Below are positions 37,923 through 47,967 of a DNA stretch of 64,000 nucleotides, piece by piece. The position numbers were made by a program, and so were the translations under genes. The stretch covers positions 58,759-122,758 of IMG/VR virus record IMGVR_UViG_3300029957_000007, one strand, 5' to 3'. Within the stretch, counting starts at the first letter, position 1. Every line of letters begins with the position of its first letter. This stretch comes from a virus. The notes beneath the pieces were generated by a model. The model saw nothing but the letters and a program-made list of their open reading frames with translations. It was not told where the DNA came from and ran no database searches.

Positions 37923-39821
37923 ATGGGCATTCCGCAAACAGACACCATTCGCTCAGGATCCTTGATTGGCTGGGCATTTGGTGGACAGAACCACATCTCA
38001 ACTGGTGTTGTCAAACAGAATCTTCCAGTGGTTGACGCTGAAGATGGTCAACTATGGGATGTGCAGAAGTATGAGAGACAAGAACTGACGAAGTCTTTAG
38101 CGTTTGATGGTGTGCTCATTGGCAACATCTGGCGTGATGGGATCTCGAGAAATAGCTTCTTGACGACATACGCTGCAGGATCTTTGACAGTTGCCCCAGG
38201 TCGTGCGATTGTCGGTGGCAAACGTGTTGATCTTGGGCTTGGTGTCTCTTACGACGCCGGGCTTTCAGTTGCTACTCCAGTTCCAAGTGGCGGCAATGAG
38301 AAGATCATCTACCTCGATGTGTATGAGAGAAAGTACACACCACCACCGGCCTTTGCACCAGGCGGCGTTGGTATGGATCTTAGCATCTATGCTGATTTCT
38401 CAACGTACAACGTTTCAACATCGACGCTGAAAGAATACTCAGTTGCCATTGGTGGTTCACTGCCAGCCCCAGGTGCTGGGCACTTCTTCCTTGAGATTGG
38501 ACGTCTGCAAAATTCTGGGAGTGTGACAGACACTCGAGTGTCTGTTGCTATTTTCTTGAAGCAGACACCAAACTCAGGCGATTACACAGCTTTGACTATC
38601 GCTGCCAATGCTGTACAACTCACACAATGGGCTCACACATTCGCGGCTGGTGGAACGATCAACACGATCAATTCATCACCGACAATGAAGGCCGGAAGTA
38701 TTGTGTACTTCAAAGGAACGACTGGTCAGACTGTACAATTCACAGCTGGTTCTTCAATCGTTCCGAAGAACAATGCTAACGCCTATCTCAAGTACAATTT
38801 TGATGTTATTGCATTCCAATTGGGAACTGATGGCATTTATCGTGAGATCTACAGGTCAATGACTCAGAACAAACATGCGTACACAATGACAACTACGCCA
38901 GTGACAATTGGCGAAGACATCGCAAATGGTTACGATGCTGTTGTTGTTGCGTCTTCGTTGTCTGGTGCCGTGTCACTCACGCTTCCCGATGCAACTGGCT
39001 ACAACACTGGTCGTAAGATCGATATCAAACTTCTTGCATCAGCGGCAACATTGACCATCAACACGACTGGTGGGCAACTGATCAATGATAACGGCTCAAC
39101 TTCAATGCAATTGACGAAGCAAAATGATTTTGTTACGCTGTTAAGCGATGGTTCAAATTGGAATGTGATTGGTTCTTCTCTCCCAACGCAAACATATCCA
39201 ACTGGTATGTTTGCACCATTTGGTGGAACAGTTGCACCACTTGGCTTCTTGTTCTGCAATGGCACAGCCGTTTCACGTACTACTTATGCTGCTTTGTTTG
39301 GTGTGATTGGAACGAACTACGGAGTCGGTGACGGTAGCTCTACATTCAATCTGCCAAACATGCAGAACGTTTATCCACGTGGTGTGAATGGATTAACACC
39401 ATCCGTAAATACAAACGCTGGTGTCACTGGAGCTGGGACCGCACAAGCCGTTGCAATGCTCACCAATCCGATCACCGCTGGTTTCTGCACTGGCAAATAT
39501 GCTCTTGTTTCTGATGGAGCAAGTACAGAATCAGTTTTGATCACGGCTGTGTCAAGCACAACGATCACTGGTATCTTTGTGAACAATCACTCATCTGGTG
39601 TCAATGTCAGTCAAGCTCCGGATGTACCAGGTTTGTCGCTCACAGCGATATCAGATATAGAAACTGCACACGAACACGGCTATCCGACGCATCAGGAAGG
39701 ATCCGGTTCTAATACTAACGGCTGGAAAGTTGACTCACAAGTAACAACTAGCAACACTGGACATAAGCATTTGATCCTTCAACCCGCTAACGTTGGCGTG
39801 AATTGGGCCATTCATATCTAA
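37923..39821 (+). CDS. Tail fibre protein with tail-collar domain
   Basis: PTGMFAPFGG..AP.GFLFCNGTAVSRTTYAALFGVIGTNYGVGDGSSTFNLP collar motif; C-terminal H.H motifs. Confidence 0.85.
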   Translation: MGIPQTDTIRSGSLIGWAFGGQNHISTGVVKQNLPVVDAEDGQLWDVQKYERQELTKSLAFDGVLIGNIWRDGISRNSFLTTYAAGSLTVAPGRAIVGGKRVDLGLGVSYDAGLSVATPVPSGGNEKIIYLDVYERKYTPPPAFAPGGVGMDLSIYADFSTYNVSTSTLKEYSVAIGGSLPAPGAGHFFLEIGRLQNSGSVTDTRVSVAIFLKQTPNSGDYTALTIAANAVQLTQWAHTFAAGGTINTINSSPTMKAGSIVYFKGTTGQTVQFTAGSSIVPKNNANAYLKYNFDVIAFQLGTDGIYREIYRSMTQNKHAYTMTTTPVTIGEDIANGYDAVVVASSLSGAVSLTLPDATGYNTGRKIDIKLLASAATLTINTTGGQLINDNGSTSMQLTKQNDFVTLLSDGSNWNVIGSSLPTQTYPTGMFAPFGGTVAPLGFLFCNGTAVSRTTYAALFGVIGTNYGVGDGSSTFNLPNMQNVYPRGVNGLTPSVNTNAGVTGAGTAQAVAMLTNPITAGFCTGKYALVSDGASTESVLITAVSSTTITGIFVNNHSSGVNVSQAPDVPGLSLTAISDIETAHEHGYPTHQEGSGSNTNGWKVDSQVTTSNTGHKHLILQPANVGVNWAIHI

Positions 39822-39831
39822 AGGAATCTTC

Positions 39832-40251
39832 ATGAGCGATGAGCTGACGCCAGAAGATCGACGGTTGCTCTCAGAAGTCGGCTTTCAAGTTCAGGCTATG
39901 AACAAGCGCTTGGATGAAGTGAAGACGCTTCTGTTCGGAGATCATGCCGATGGGTTCATGTACAAATTCGCAAGAATGGAACCCGACATCGAAAGGATCC
40001 CAGAGATCAAGAAAGTGCTTGACGACATGGTGAGAGAAGCCGGCAATCTTTCAGATAAGATTGGTCCGCTTCTGACGATGGCCCAAAAGCATGACGATTA
40101 CATCAAGACACAGACAGTGTACAAAAATGTGATCGTCATCTTGATCTCGACAGCAACTTCTGCAGCTGTAGCTGTTTTGACAGCATGGACTCTTTACAAC
40201 CAGCTGTTAGAGCAACTTGCAAAACAAGCGGTGAAGGGTGGGACACCATGA
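39832..40251 (+). CDS. Coiled-coil protein with C-terminal transmembrane helix (holin-like)
   Basis: VIVILISTATSAAVAVLTAWTLY hydrophobic helix; located right after the tail fibre. Confidence 0.5.
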   Translation: MSDELTPEDRRLLSEVGFQVQAMNKRLDEVKTLLFGDHADGFMYKFARMEPDIERIPEIKKVLDDMVREAGNLSDKIGPLLTMAQKHDDYIKTQTVYKNVIVILISTATSAAVAVLTAWTLYNQLLEQLAKQAVKGGTP

Positions 40252-40811
40252 GTGATGAAAAGGGACCAACACAAACCACAGAAGATGGTCAAGAAGCACA
40301 TCACGCTGAGGAGCTGATAGAAAATCTTACACCAGAAGAAAAGAAGATCTGGACTGAGAAATTTTTGAAGCTTGAGTACTACAAAGCAATTTCTCAGACG
40401 ATCTTCCAGGTTGTAAAGGACTTCAGCAAATGGGCAGCTATGCTAGTTTCTGGTGTAGGTGCTTTGGTTGGCGGCTGGTTTTCCCTTCAGAAAATGGCTA
40501 AGAAGAACAAGGCTGAACTGACGCTAATGAAGGAACACCAGCTAGGCCGAGCGCGCCTCGACTCAGGAGATAGATCCGTCCAAGCGCCTGTTAACACTCT
40601 TGGTTTTAGTAATAAAGGAACCAAGGACTTGGCGGACGTCGTGCGTAAGGAACAAGTTAACGTTGAAAATCAGACATCGTCTTTTCTTCAATCGCCACTT
40701 GTTCTACCGGACACGACAATGCTGTTGACGATCATAAGCGTTATTGTGTTTCTCATGTTGACAGTCAAAACTCTGATCCTCGACAAACGCAAAAAGAAGG
40801 GAGTGTCATGA
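40248..40811 (+). CDS. Two-transmembrane protein (holin/lysis accessory candidate)
   Basis: ATGA overlap start; TM1 WAAMLVSGVGALVGGWFSL, TM2 MLLTIISVIVFLMLTV; basic C-terminus. Confidence 0.5.
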   Translation: MSDEKGPTQTTEDGQEAHHAEELIENLTPEEKKIWTEKFLKLEYYKAISQTIFQVVKDFSKWAAMLVSGVGALVGGWFSLQKMAKKNKAELTLMKEHQLGRARLDSGDRSVQAPVNTLGFSNKGTKDLADVVRKEQVNVENQTSSFLQSPLVLPDTTMLLTIISVIVFLMLTVKTLILDKRKKKGVS

Positions 40812-41773
40812 CAACTGCTCTACTGAAACTGCAACCAAAGATCCAAGTGGACGACATCCTTGCAGCCTTTGATGCAAAGGCTAAAGGTGGGAAAGAGAAA
40901 CTTGCTCTCACAATGGTTGGTGGTGGAGCAAAGGGTCGTTGGCAAGCTGGTTTCAACTACCGGCTTTATGAGCTTGGACTCCTTTCACGCATTCAACTGT
41001 TTGGTGGAACTTCGGTTGGTGGTCTGAATTCAGTGATCACATCGAAGTATCAAAACGATCCTGACAAGATCTTGGAAGTTTGGGACAGCATCGATTCCAA
41101 CGCCAAGATCTACAACGGCTCTTTGCCAAGTGGTGTGTGGGGAATCTCGAAGTTCATCCTCTCATTCCAATTCCTTCGTTCACGCAATTTGCTGACAGTT
41201 GAGCCGCTGACGGCCATCATCGAGAAGATTTTCGGTTCAACGATGAAGATGAAGGATTTTGCTACTCCAACTTACACTTGCACTGGCGACATTTACGTTG
41301 GTAGCCAAGTGGTGATGGATGATGAAGCCTTCGTCAAGGACGCAGCCTTGTCGACATGTGCCATTCCAATCGCATTCCCGATTTATGCAGATCGCTATGT
41401 TGATGGCGGTGTCTTCGACAATGAGCCATTCGACATCACAGTACAAAAAGGTGGAACAAAGATCATTGGTCTCTTCTGCGAACCAGAAAGCAGCAGCACA
41501 ACTGTGACACTGAAGAACATGATCGATGTTGCCATGCGCTGCTTCAACATGATCTACGCTACCAATGAACTGCGGATGTGGAACAAGGTCAAAGCTCAAC
41601 AGGACTTGAACAAAGCTACTGGCGGTGAACAAGTTGAGTTCGCATTGTTCTACCCACAGCAGTCAACTGGCGATGTGCTGAACTTCGCAAACAAGCCAGT
41701 CATGCAGCAAGGTTATGATGATGCATGCAAGTTCTTGACACGTGAGAAACTGCAGGAATTCCTGCTCTCATAA
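40808..41773 (+). CDS. Patatin-like phospholipase
   Basis: GGGAKG oxyanion loop, GTSVG catalytic Ser, VDGG catalytic Asp. Confidence 0.9.
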   Translation: MTTALLKLQPKIQVDDILAAFDAKAKGGKEKLALTMVGGGAKGRWQAGFNYRLYELGLLSRIQLFGGTSVGGLNSVITSKYQNDPDKILEVWDSIDSNAKIYNGSLPSGVWGISKFILSFQFLRSRNLLTVEPLTAIIEKIFGSTMKMKDFATPTYTCTGDIYVGSQVVMDDEAFVKDAALSTCAIPIAFPIYADRYVDGGVFDNEPFDITVQKGGTKIIGLFCEPESSSTTVTLKNMIDVAMRCFNMIYATNELRMWNKVKAQQDLNKATGGEQVEFALFYPQQSTGDVLNFANKPVMQQGYDDACKFLTREKLQEFLLS

Positions 41774-41822
41774 CAAGCTGGTAACCCATGTCCCAGCTTG
41801 AGTCTGTGCCCAACAGACCGTT

Positions 41823-41860
41823 AAGGCCCAAGTCCGCAAGGACTTGGGCCTTTGGCGTTT
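41823..41860 (+). terminator. Terminator ending the morphogenesis/lysis operon
   Basis: Perfect 13-bp stem AAGGCCCAAGTCC/GGACTTGGGCCTT with GCAA tetraloop, T-rich tail; preceded by two smaller hairpins (41774-41818). Confidence 0.75.
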
Positions 41861-41981
41861 GGTGTTGGTTTTAGGCAAAAACACAGTTAACAAATAGTTT
41901 CCAAACCACAGCCTAACCACCAACGAACCGGATACTATATAGTACAGGATCAAATGGGACCAGGCTATCAAGGAGAATCAC

Positions 41982-42206
41982 ATGCACATCTCAGAATTTC
42001 GAACCTTCTTTCAAACCGCTGGGTTGGAGGTTCATGAGTTCCAACTCTCAGAACTTGAAGAAGAGGCAATGGTGTTCTATCCAACAACATCGCATACTGT
42101 GATTACAGCTGTTGGTACCAACTTCATCTTCACAGAAGCAGGCAATTTCATCGGTGCAATGTCAGACGAATCCGGCTACTTCTACCAAGTGAAACAGGAG
42201 GGCTGA
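41982..42206 (+). CDS. Hypothetical protein (74 aa)
   Basis: AAGGAG RBS; TGATG-coupled to the next gene. Confidence 0.65.
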   Translation: MHISEFRTFFQTAGLEVHEFQLSELEEEAMVFYPTTSHTVITAVGTNFIFTEAGNFIGAMSDESGYFYQVKQEG

Positions 42207-44536
42207 TGGGAAAGCAGAAGACATATCCACTCAAGCTCTCTGCATCGAGCATGGACTGCCTCGATGGTTGTGGCTTGAGATTCAGACTGAAGTTCATTGA
42301 AGGAATGCGTGAAGAAGGATTCAACGCTTCAGGGGCATTTGGTACCGCATTCCATAAAGTTGCTCAGATCATGTACGAGGTCCAGCAGTTCGATCGACGT
42401 TTTATGCTAGCACAATGGCCTGACGTCTTCAATGAGGTGTTCTCTAATCCGAACATTGAGAAGCAGACAAAAGAGCAATTGGATGGCTGGAAAAAAGCTG
42501 GGTATCCTCTACTCCAAACGTTCTACTCCCGTGAGGAGAAGGACGGCATGCTTAAGCCTGCGATTGCATTAGAAAAGCGGTTTGAGATACCGTACAAGCA
42601 ATTGGCAGATGGACGTGATGTTGTACTGGTTGGTTCAATCGATCGCATCATCAGAGCCAAGCCGCAACTTGTAGAGATCACAGACTACAAAACGACTGTG
42701 TCAAAGCCGATGACGCCAGAACAGTTGAAGGCTACAATTCAAATGCCTTTGTACTCGCTGGCATATCGCTACCTCAACAAAATGGGCGAACCAGGCTTTG
42801 AGATCGAAGAACACTACATCAACATGTTCTACAACCGTCACAATCAGAAAGTCATTGCAACTGTTGATAAAGACGATCGCATCAATCTAAAGCGTAAGAT
42901 CAATCGCTTCATTGAACGCATTGAAGATAAGGACTTCAAACCGACACCAGCGGATACTTGGGCTGCTTGCAAAGGGTGCACGTTTAAGGACATCTGCCCA
43001 GCGAAGGGTGGAAAGCTTCCTGACTTTGCAAAGATTCGAGCAGAACGTGAAGCTGAGCGGCTTAAGTACGAAAAAGCTGACATCAAGCTTGGTAGACTGC
43101 GTGAATGGGTAGATGAGAATAGCATGGTAAAGAAGATCAAACCAGAGCAGATCAAAGATGTTGCTCACATCTCTCGCAACAAAGTGGTCCTGAATGCCAA
43201 CGGCGTTGGTTCTGGTAAGACAGTAGAGTCCATTGCATTGGTGGAACATCTGCATCAAGAGCAAGGTTTGAAGAGGGTTTTGCTGCTGCTTCCTAAAGCG
43301 CTGCGAGGTCAATGGAGAGAACAGATCAAAAACTGGACTGGGACGAAGGGTCTCGTTCAGATCGTCAAAGATGTGAGTGTTAAAGAACGAGCTGAGATGT
43401 ATGGTAAGAAGTTGTGGACGATCTCCAATTACGACAAGGTGCTCACTGACTACGACGCAATGAGTGCTGTTGATTGGGATCTGATCATCTGCGATGAGTG
43501 TCAGAGACTTGCAGGAACAAGCAAGAGCAGTAAGGCGATCAAGTCTCTTCGTTCACCAAGACGACTTGCTCTTTCAGCTACGCCAATTGCTGCAAAGTTG
43601 GACAAGCTGTTTCGCATCATGGCGTTTGTGAAACCAGGGCATATGGGTCCATGGTCAGAGTTTCAGAAGCATCACTTCATCTTTGATGGTGGCGGCACAC
43701 TGACAGGATTCAAGAATCTCAATGAGATCAGAGAGAAGCTTGGGCCACATCTCATTCGCAGAAGTAGGAAGGACATCTTCCCTGATGCGAAGGATCCAGT
43801 GATCGAAGCAGTGTTACTGGACATGAGCAAACGTCAGAAGGCGTTGTATCAAGAGAACATTGAAGAGCTTGAAGAACTGCTGAAGAGCGATAAGCTGAAC
43901 GAGGAGAAAACAGTCTCATTCATCGACACGCCAGCTGGAGCCAAGTGGATCAAACTGCGTCGAATGCTCGACTTTACGCAATTGATCGATGGTGGCAAGT
44001 TCGATTCTCCTAAGTACGACTTCACGAAGGAGATCGTGCAAGAGGTCATTGAAGCTGAAGAGAAGATCATCATCTTCAGCCAGTACCTCACAGTGATCGA
44101 TGAGCTTAAGAAACAGCTCACAAAGGATGGGTACAAGAACATCCTTGAGATCAGTGGTCGTGATAAGCAGAACAGAGATGAAGTGCGCAACATCTTCAAC
44201 AAATCAAAGAAACACAGGATCTTGTTGATGACGGACTCAGGCAAGTTTGGTTTGAACTTGCAAGGTGCGAACAACATGATCAACTTCGAATTGCCAGAAG
44301 ATCCTGAAGTGATCACTCAACGCATTGGTCGTATCACTAGACCTGAGCAGATGAGAGACATGAGGGTCTGGAACTTGATGATGAAGAAATCCATCGAGGT
44401 CAAGATGCACAAGCGTCGTCACCTTCGAGCTCAAGTAAGTTCAGTGGTCATCGATCAATCACTGAAAAAGGATGTTGTGAACTTGAAGGATGCCAGCATC
44501 TTGACGGTGAGAGGTCTGAAGGAGATCCTGCTGTGA
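42206..44536 (+). CDS. Fusion of RecB/AddB/Cas4-like PD-(D/E)XK nuclease (Fe-S type) and SNF2-family helicase
   Basis: N-terminal SASS...C..RF, GSIDRI..ITDYKT, CKGC..KDIC; C-terminal GSGKT, IICDECQ, LSATP, KIIIFSQY, FGLNLQGA, QRIGRITR. Confidence 0.85.
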   Translation: MGKQKTYPLKLSASSMDCLDGCGLRFRLKFIEGMREEGFNASGAFGTAFHKVAQIMYEVQQFDRRFMLAQWPDVFNEVFSNPNIEKQTKEQLDGWKKAGYPLLQTFYSREEKDGMLKPAIALEKRFEIPYKQLADGRDVVLVGSIDRIIRAKPQLVEITDYKTTVSKPMTPEQLKATIQMPLYSLAYRYLNKMGEPGFEIEEHYINMFYNRHNQKVIATVDKDDRINLKRKINRFIERIEDKDFKPTPADTWAACKGCTFKDICPAKGGKLPDFAKIRAEREAERLKYEKADIKLGRLREWVDENSMVKKIKPEQIKDVAHISRNKVVLNANGVGSGKTVESIALVEHLHQEQGLKRVLLLLPKALRGQWREQIKNWTGTKGLVQIVKDVSVKERAEMYGKKLWTISNYDKVLTDYDAMSAVDWDLIICDECQRLAGTSKSSKAIKSLRSPRRLALSATPIAAKLDKLFRIMAFVKPGHMGPWSEFQKHHFIFDGGGTLTGFKNLNEIREKLGPHLIRRSRKDIFPDAKDPVIEAVLLDMSKRQKALYQENIEELEELLKSDKLNEEKTVSFIDTPAGAKWIKLRRMLDFTQLIDGGKFDSPKYDFTKEIVQEVIEAEEKIIIFSQYLTVIDELKKQLTKDGYKNILEISGRDKQNRDEVRNIFNKSKKHRILLMTDSGKFGLNLQGANNMINFELPEDPEVITQRIGRITRPEQMRDMRVWNLMMKKSIEVKMHKRRHLRAQVSSVVIDQSLKKDVVNLKDASILTVRGLKEILL

Positions 44537-44928
44537 GCAAAGATCTAACTCCAAAACAGATCAAGGAGATTGAACAAAGGATCTTCGAGCAATCTAAGAT
44601 CATTAGCTGGATGTATGCCAAGTTCACAGATGTTGAAGACAACTCTGTAGTGAGGAAAATCCCATACAAAGTTGTGTATCGACAAGGTGATGGAGGCAAG
44701 ACAACGAAGATCACCGTCTTTGACACGAAGACTTTCAAGCTGAAAGGTGAGAGGGTTTTCCGTGGCAAAGATCCAATTGAACCTTGGAGTTTTTATGCAG
44801 TGATTGAGATCCAAGGCTTTCAAGAAGGCTGGTTTGATCCACGTAAGATCAAAGTGCATGTTGAACCAACTACCAAAGAGGATATCCTCGATAGGTACTT
44901 GCAATATAACGACTGGTTCGGCAAGTAA
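44533..44928 (+). CDS. Hypothetical protein
   Basis: GTGA overlap with upstream stop; AAGGAG RBS. Confidence 0.6.
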   Translation: MSKDLTPKQIKEIEQRIFEQSKIISWMYAKFTDVEDNSVVRKIPYKVVYRQGDGGKTTKITVFDTKTFKLKGERVFRGKDPIEPWSFYAVIEIQGFQEGWFDPRKIKVHVEPTTKEDILDRYLQYNDWFGK

Positions 44929-45474
44929 ATGGCCATCGTGCAAAAGCAAGAACGCATAGTGGTAGATCCATCAACTCCAATTTCTGCTAAGGATATTCAG
45001 CTGGCCATCAAAACACTTTGCTTAGACAAATACAGCAAGGTGTTTGTGCCAGAATTCACCTTTAAGAATTGGAGAGCAGACGCAATCATTGTCGACATAC
45101 AGAGACAATTGGTTGAAGGTTTTGAGATCAAGGTCAGAAGAACAGATTGGCTCAGAGATAAGAAGTACCATCACTACACGAGATTCTGCAGTTCAGTATT
45201 CATCGTTGCAGAAAAGAGTGTAGTGAAGAGAAGCGAAGTAAAGGAGCCGTTCGGCCTCATCAGACCAAGCAGAAATGAGCGCGGCGAGGTCGTGCTTGAG
45301 ATAAAAAAGAAACCATCTCAAATGAGCAACAGTGAATCGCTTGCTTGGACATGGATATATCTCGAAGTTTTAGAACTAGAGATAAGACGTCTAGCAGATG
45401 AAAATGAAAAGCTGACTCTCATCAAAGGACTACAACATGGCAACTCTAGTGCTGTTCCACCGTCATTGCATTGA
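44929..45474 (+). CDS. MmcB-like PD-(D/E)XK nuclease
   Basis: PEF...RADAI...FEIKVRRTDW..DKK...Y..FC...FIV motif. Confidence 0.7.
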   Translation: MAIVQKQERIVVDPSTPISAKDIQLAIKTLCLDKYSKVFVPEFTFKNWRADAIIVDIQRQLVEGFEIKVRRTDWLRDKKYHHYTRFCSSVFIVAEKSVVKRSEVKEPFGLIRPSRNERGEVVLEIKKKPSQMSNSESLAWTWIYLEVLELEIRRLADENEKLTLIKGLQHGNSSAVPPSLH

Positions 45475-46285
45475 TGGCTTTGCGTCTGCTCATGTGTGGT
45501 GGAAGAAACATGGCGACGAAGGCCATGTCTACCGTAACTATCAGAGCGGCGAGCAAGTGAACATTGAAGGTTTCGATCGCTTCGTTTTCTTAGATGTCTC
45601 TCCGAAAGCTCGAGACGTGAGAAACATCCTGGCGGCGAAAGGCAAAATCGTGATCATTGATCATCATCCAATGGCTGGCGAAACACTCAACAGACTCTAC
45701 AGCAATGAGCGTGAAGCTTTATCCTTTGTCAAGTTTGATGCGAACAGATCAGCTTGCACAATGGTAGCTGAGTATCTTGAAGTCACAGATGAAGTGTGGT
45801 TGAAGTTCTTGCAGTACATCGAGGATCGTGATCTTTCTCGTTTCGCACTTGAGAACACAAGAGAGATCAACATCGCCATCTCAAATCATGGTAAGGATTT
45901 CAAGCAATGGGACAAGTTGATCGAAGGATTGAAGGATGGCTACCATGATCTTCTGAACGCTGGAAAGACGTTGGTGGACTATCAAGACTCAATTGTCAAG
46001 ATCTTGGTGAAGAGAGATCACATCGTTTGGTTCAAGCATGACGAAGGCTTTGAGGTGCCATTGATCAACTCAAACCTTTACCAGTCAGAGATCGGTCATA
46101 CTCTCTGTCGATTACTTGACGTGAAACTTGCTGGTTGCTTTGCTATCAGAGGCAACATGGTGAATGTTCATGTTCGTGGTGAGAAGGCAGAAGACTTCGC
46201 ATGGTTGTACAAGGGCAGTGGGAACTTCCGCTATGCTACCTTCATGATCCCATTGAAGGATTTCTATGAGAAGCTGAAAAAATGA
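45437..46285 (+). CDS. DHH-family phosphoesterase
   Basis: FHRHCIDGF, FLDVSP, IIDHH, YIEDRDL motifs plus DHHA1-like C-terminus. Confidence 0.85.
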   Translation: MATLVLFHRHCIDGFASAHVWWKKHGDEGHVYRNYQSGEQVNIEGFDRFVFLDVSPKARDVRNILAAKGKIVIIDHHPMAGETLNRLYSNEREALSFVKFDANRSACTMVAEYLEVTDEVWLKFLQYIEDRDLSRFALENTREINIAISNHGKDFKQWDKLIEGLKDGYHDLLNAGKTLVDYQDSIVKILVKRDHIVWFKHDEGFEVPLINSNLYQSEIGHTLCRLLDVKLAGCFAIRGNMVNVHVRGEKAEDFAWLYKGSGNFRYATFMIPLKDFYEKLKK

Positions 46286-46674
46286 GAAAGCTCTCTGACA
46301 TCAAACGAGAACGAGTTCAAGATGAGCAAGACAAGAAAGATAGAAAGCTTTATAGAGATCAAACTGGTGAGGTGCCAGTCAGGCTTTGGACAGCACCTCA
46401 GATGCTTGAATACTTCAACGAAGTGAAGAAAAAGCATGGACAGAAGATCCAAAAGGTCTTCGACAAGCGAACGATCTTCACTCAACTATCAGGCATTAAA
46501 CGACTCAGGATCAAAGGCGATGTGTTCGTTGAGTTCGTTCATTGGGCTGAACGGACAAACAAGACATTTCCAATAGACATCTACCATCTCATCAACCAGA
46601 TCGAGAAATTCAAAAAAGTCAGAAAGGATCTCTTCAATGAAGTTCATCTATCTGTGGAAGAACAAGATCAATAA
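46282..46674 (+). CDS. Hypothetical protein (possible replication initiator partner)
   Basis: Coupled ORF upstream of the helicase loader; no clear motif. Confidence 0.5.
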   Translation: MRKLSDIKRERVQDEQDKKDRKLYRDQTGEVPVRLWTAPQMLEYFNEVKKKHGQKIQKVFDKRTIFTQLSGIKRLRIKGDVFVEFVHWAERTNKTFPIDIYHLINQIEKFKKVRKDLFNEVHLSVEEQDQ

Positions 46675-47167
46675 GAAATTGTACATTGGTAGAAACAAGA
46701 CTAAGAAAGATCTTCAAGGCATTTTTGATCGATATAAAAGAGAAATGAAAAAAGGAAAACGTGTTATCAACATAGCAATGAGAAAATACGGGATAGAGAA
46801 TTTTGAACTGACAGCTATTCAAAGATGTTACACAGATAAATCTTTGGAAGCAGCAAAAAAGAAGCTTGCGAAAAAGTATAATTCCTATGTACCAAATGGA
46901 TACAATGTTTTTCCATGTGGCGCTTTAGGTGGTAGTCCAAAAGGCATTTACAATAAGAATTACAAGAGACCAAAAACAAAAGAACATCGCAATGCAATAA
47001 GAAATGGTTTAAAAGGCAAACCAAAGTCAGAGCAACATAGGAAAAATATTAGTAATGGAATGAAAGGCAAAAAAGGTAATCACACTGGCCACAAGCATAC
47101 TCCAGAAAGTTTAAAAAAGATGTCTGAATCTTTAAAAAGAGCTTTCAAAGCAAGGAGGATGAAGTGA
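46637..47167 (+). mobile_element. Free-standing GIY-YIG homing endonuclease with NUMOD3-like repeats
   Basis: FIYLWKNKINKKLYIG, KYGIENF...E...YN; repeated KTKEHRNAI/KSEQHRKNIS/HTPESLKKMS; markedly AT-rich; overlaps both neighbours. Confidence 0.85.
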
Positions 47168-47967
47168 CCAATTCAACTCTCGATTATTTGTTAAAAGACG
47201 AAGACTGGAAGGTCTTAGAGGACATGAAGGAGAGGATGCTTGGTGAGTGCGATGAGTGTGATCACACCGGTCACCGCCTTGCGAAGGATCAATCACGAAA
47301 GGCAGCATGGACTAAGACTGAAGAGTGCTCTTGCCTCAAGCGATTCAAGAGGTACAAAGAGTACTACAAGTCTAGGATCCCAGAGATCTATTGGAAGTTG
47401 AATGATAAGAACTTTGAAGGTGACAAGTCCGCATTGAAGCTGGTGATGCGCTACAACGAGAAGATCCACAACGCTGTTGCTAAAGGCTTAGGCTTCTTGT
47501 TTTATGGCAATAATGGCAATGGTAAGACGACGTTGTCATGCATCATCGCAAAGCATGCCATCAAGAATGGTTACTCGGTTCTTTATGGGACTTTGCAATC
47601 GTATCTCAATATGGTCATGGACTCGTTTGGCTCTGATGCGCAGACAGAGAAGGTCCGCGATCTGATCAAGAATGTCGATGTGTTGATCATCGATGAACTC
47701 GGAAAAGAGCATGTAAAAAGGAACGAAGCCACTGGAACTGTGTTCGGCTTTTCTGAGTTTGAGCAGATCCTTCGTCATCGTGAAGGCAAGAATAAAGTCG
47801 TGATTGAGATCACGAACTTGCGTCCACAGCAATTAGAATCGCAATATGGCGCTAGCATTGCCTCGCTGTTTGAAGGTGCTCTGAAGAAAGTTGAAGTGAC
47901 AGGACCAGACATGAGAAGAACGTTGAAGAGCAAGAGTTGGGAAAAACGCTTGGAGGGCAAGGAATAA
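47164..47967 (+). CDS. DnaC/IstB-like AAA+ helicase loader
   Basis: CDEC...ECSC Zn site, GNNGNGKT Walker A, LIIDELGKE Walker B, ITNL. Confidence 0.85.
   Translation: MTNSTLDYLLKDEDWKVLEDMKERMLGECDECDHTGHRLAKDQSRKAAWTKTEECSCLKRFKRYKEYYKSRIPEIYWKLNDKNFEGDKSALKLVMRYNEKIHNAVAKGLGFLFYGNNGNGKTTLSCIIAKHAIKNGYSVLYGTLQSYLNMVMDSFGSDAQTEKVRDLIKNVDVLIIDELGKEHVKRNEATGTVFGFSEFEQILRHREGKNKVVIEITNLRPQQLESQYGASIASLFEGALKKVEVTGPDMRRTLKSKSWEKRLEGKE

Noticed and set aside
25920-39821. Contractile injection system (eCIS, tailocin, T6SS)
   Set aside because: Capsid, protease, replication genes and tRNAs in the same orientation indicate a complete phage.
40808-41773. Patatin as a CBASS CapV effector
   Set aside because: No CD-NTase or CBASS accessory genes nearby; it is coupled to late phage genes.
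42206-43020. Cas4-like domain as evidence of a CRISPR-Cas locus
   Set aside because: No cas1, cas2, effector genes or array; it is fused to SNF2 in a replication block.
46282-47967. Group I intron around the GIY-YIG gene (likewise around 58798)
   Set aside because: Flanking ORFs are complete and overlap the HEG, leaving no room for intron core elements; tRNA-Thr is intact.
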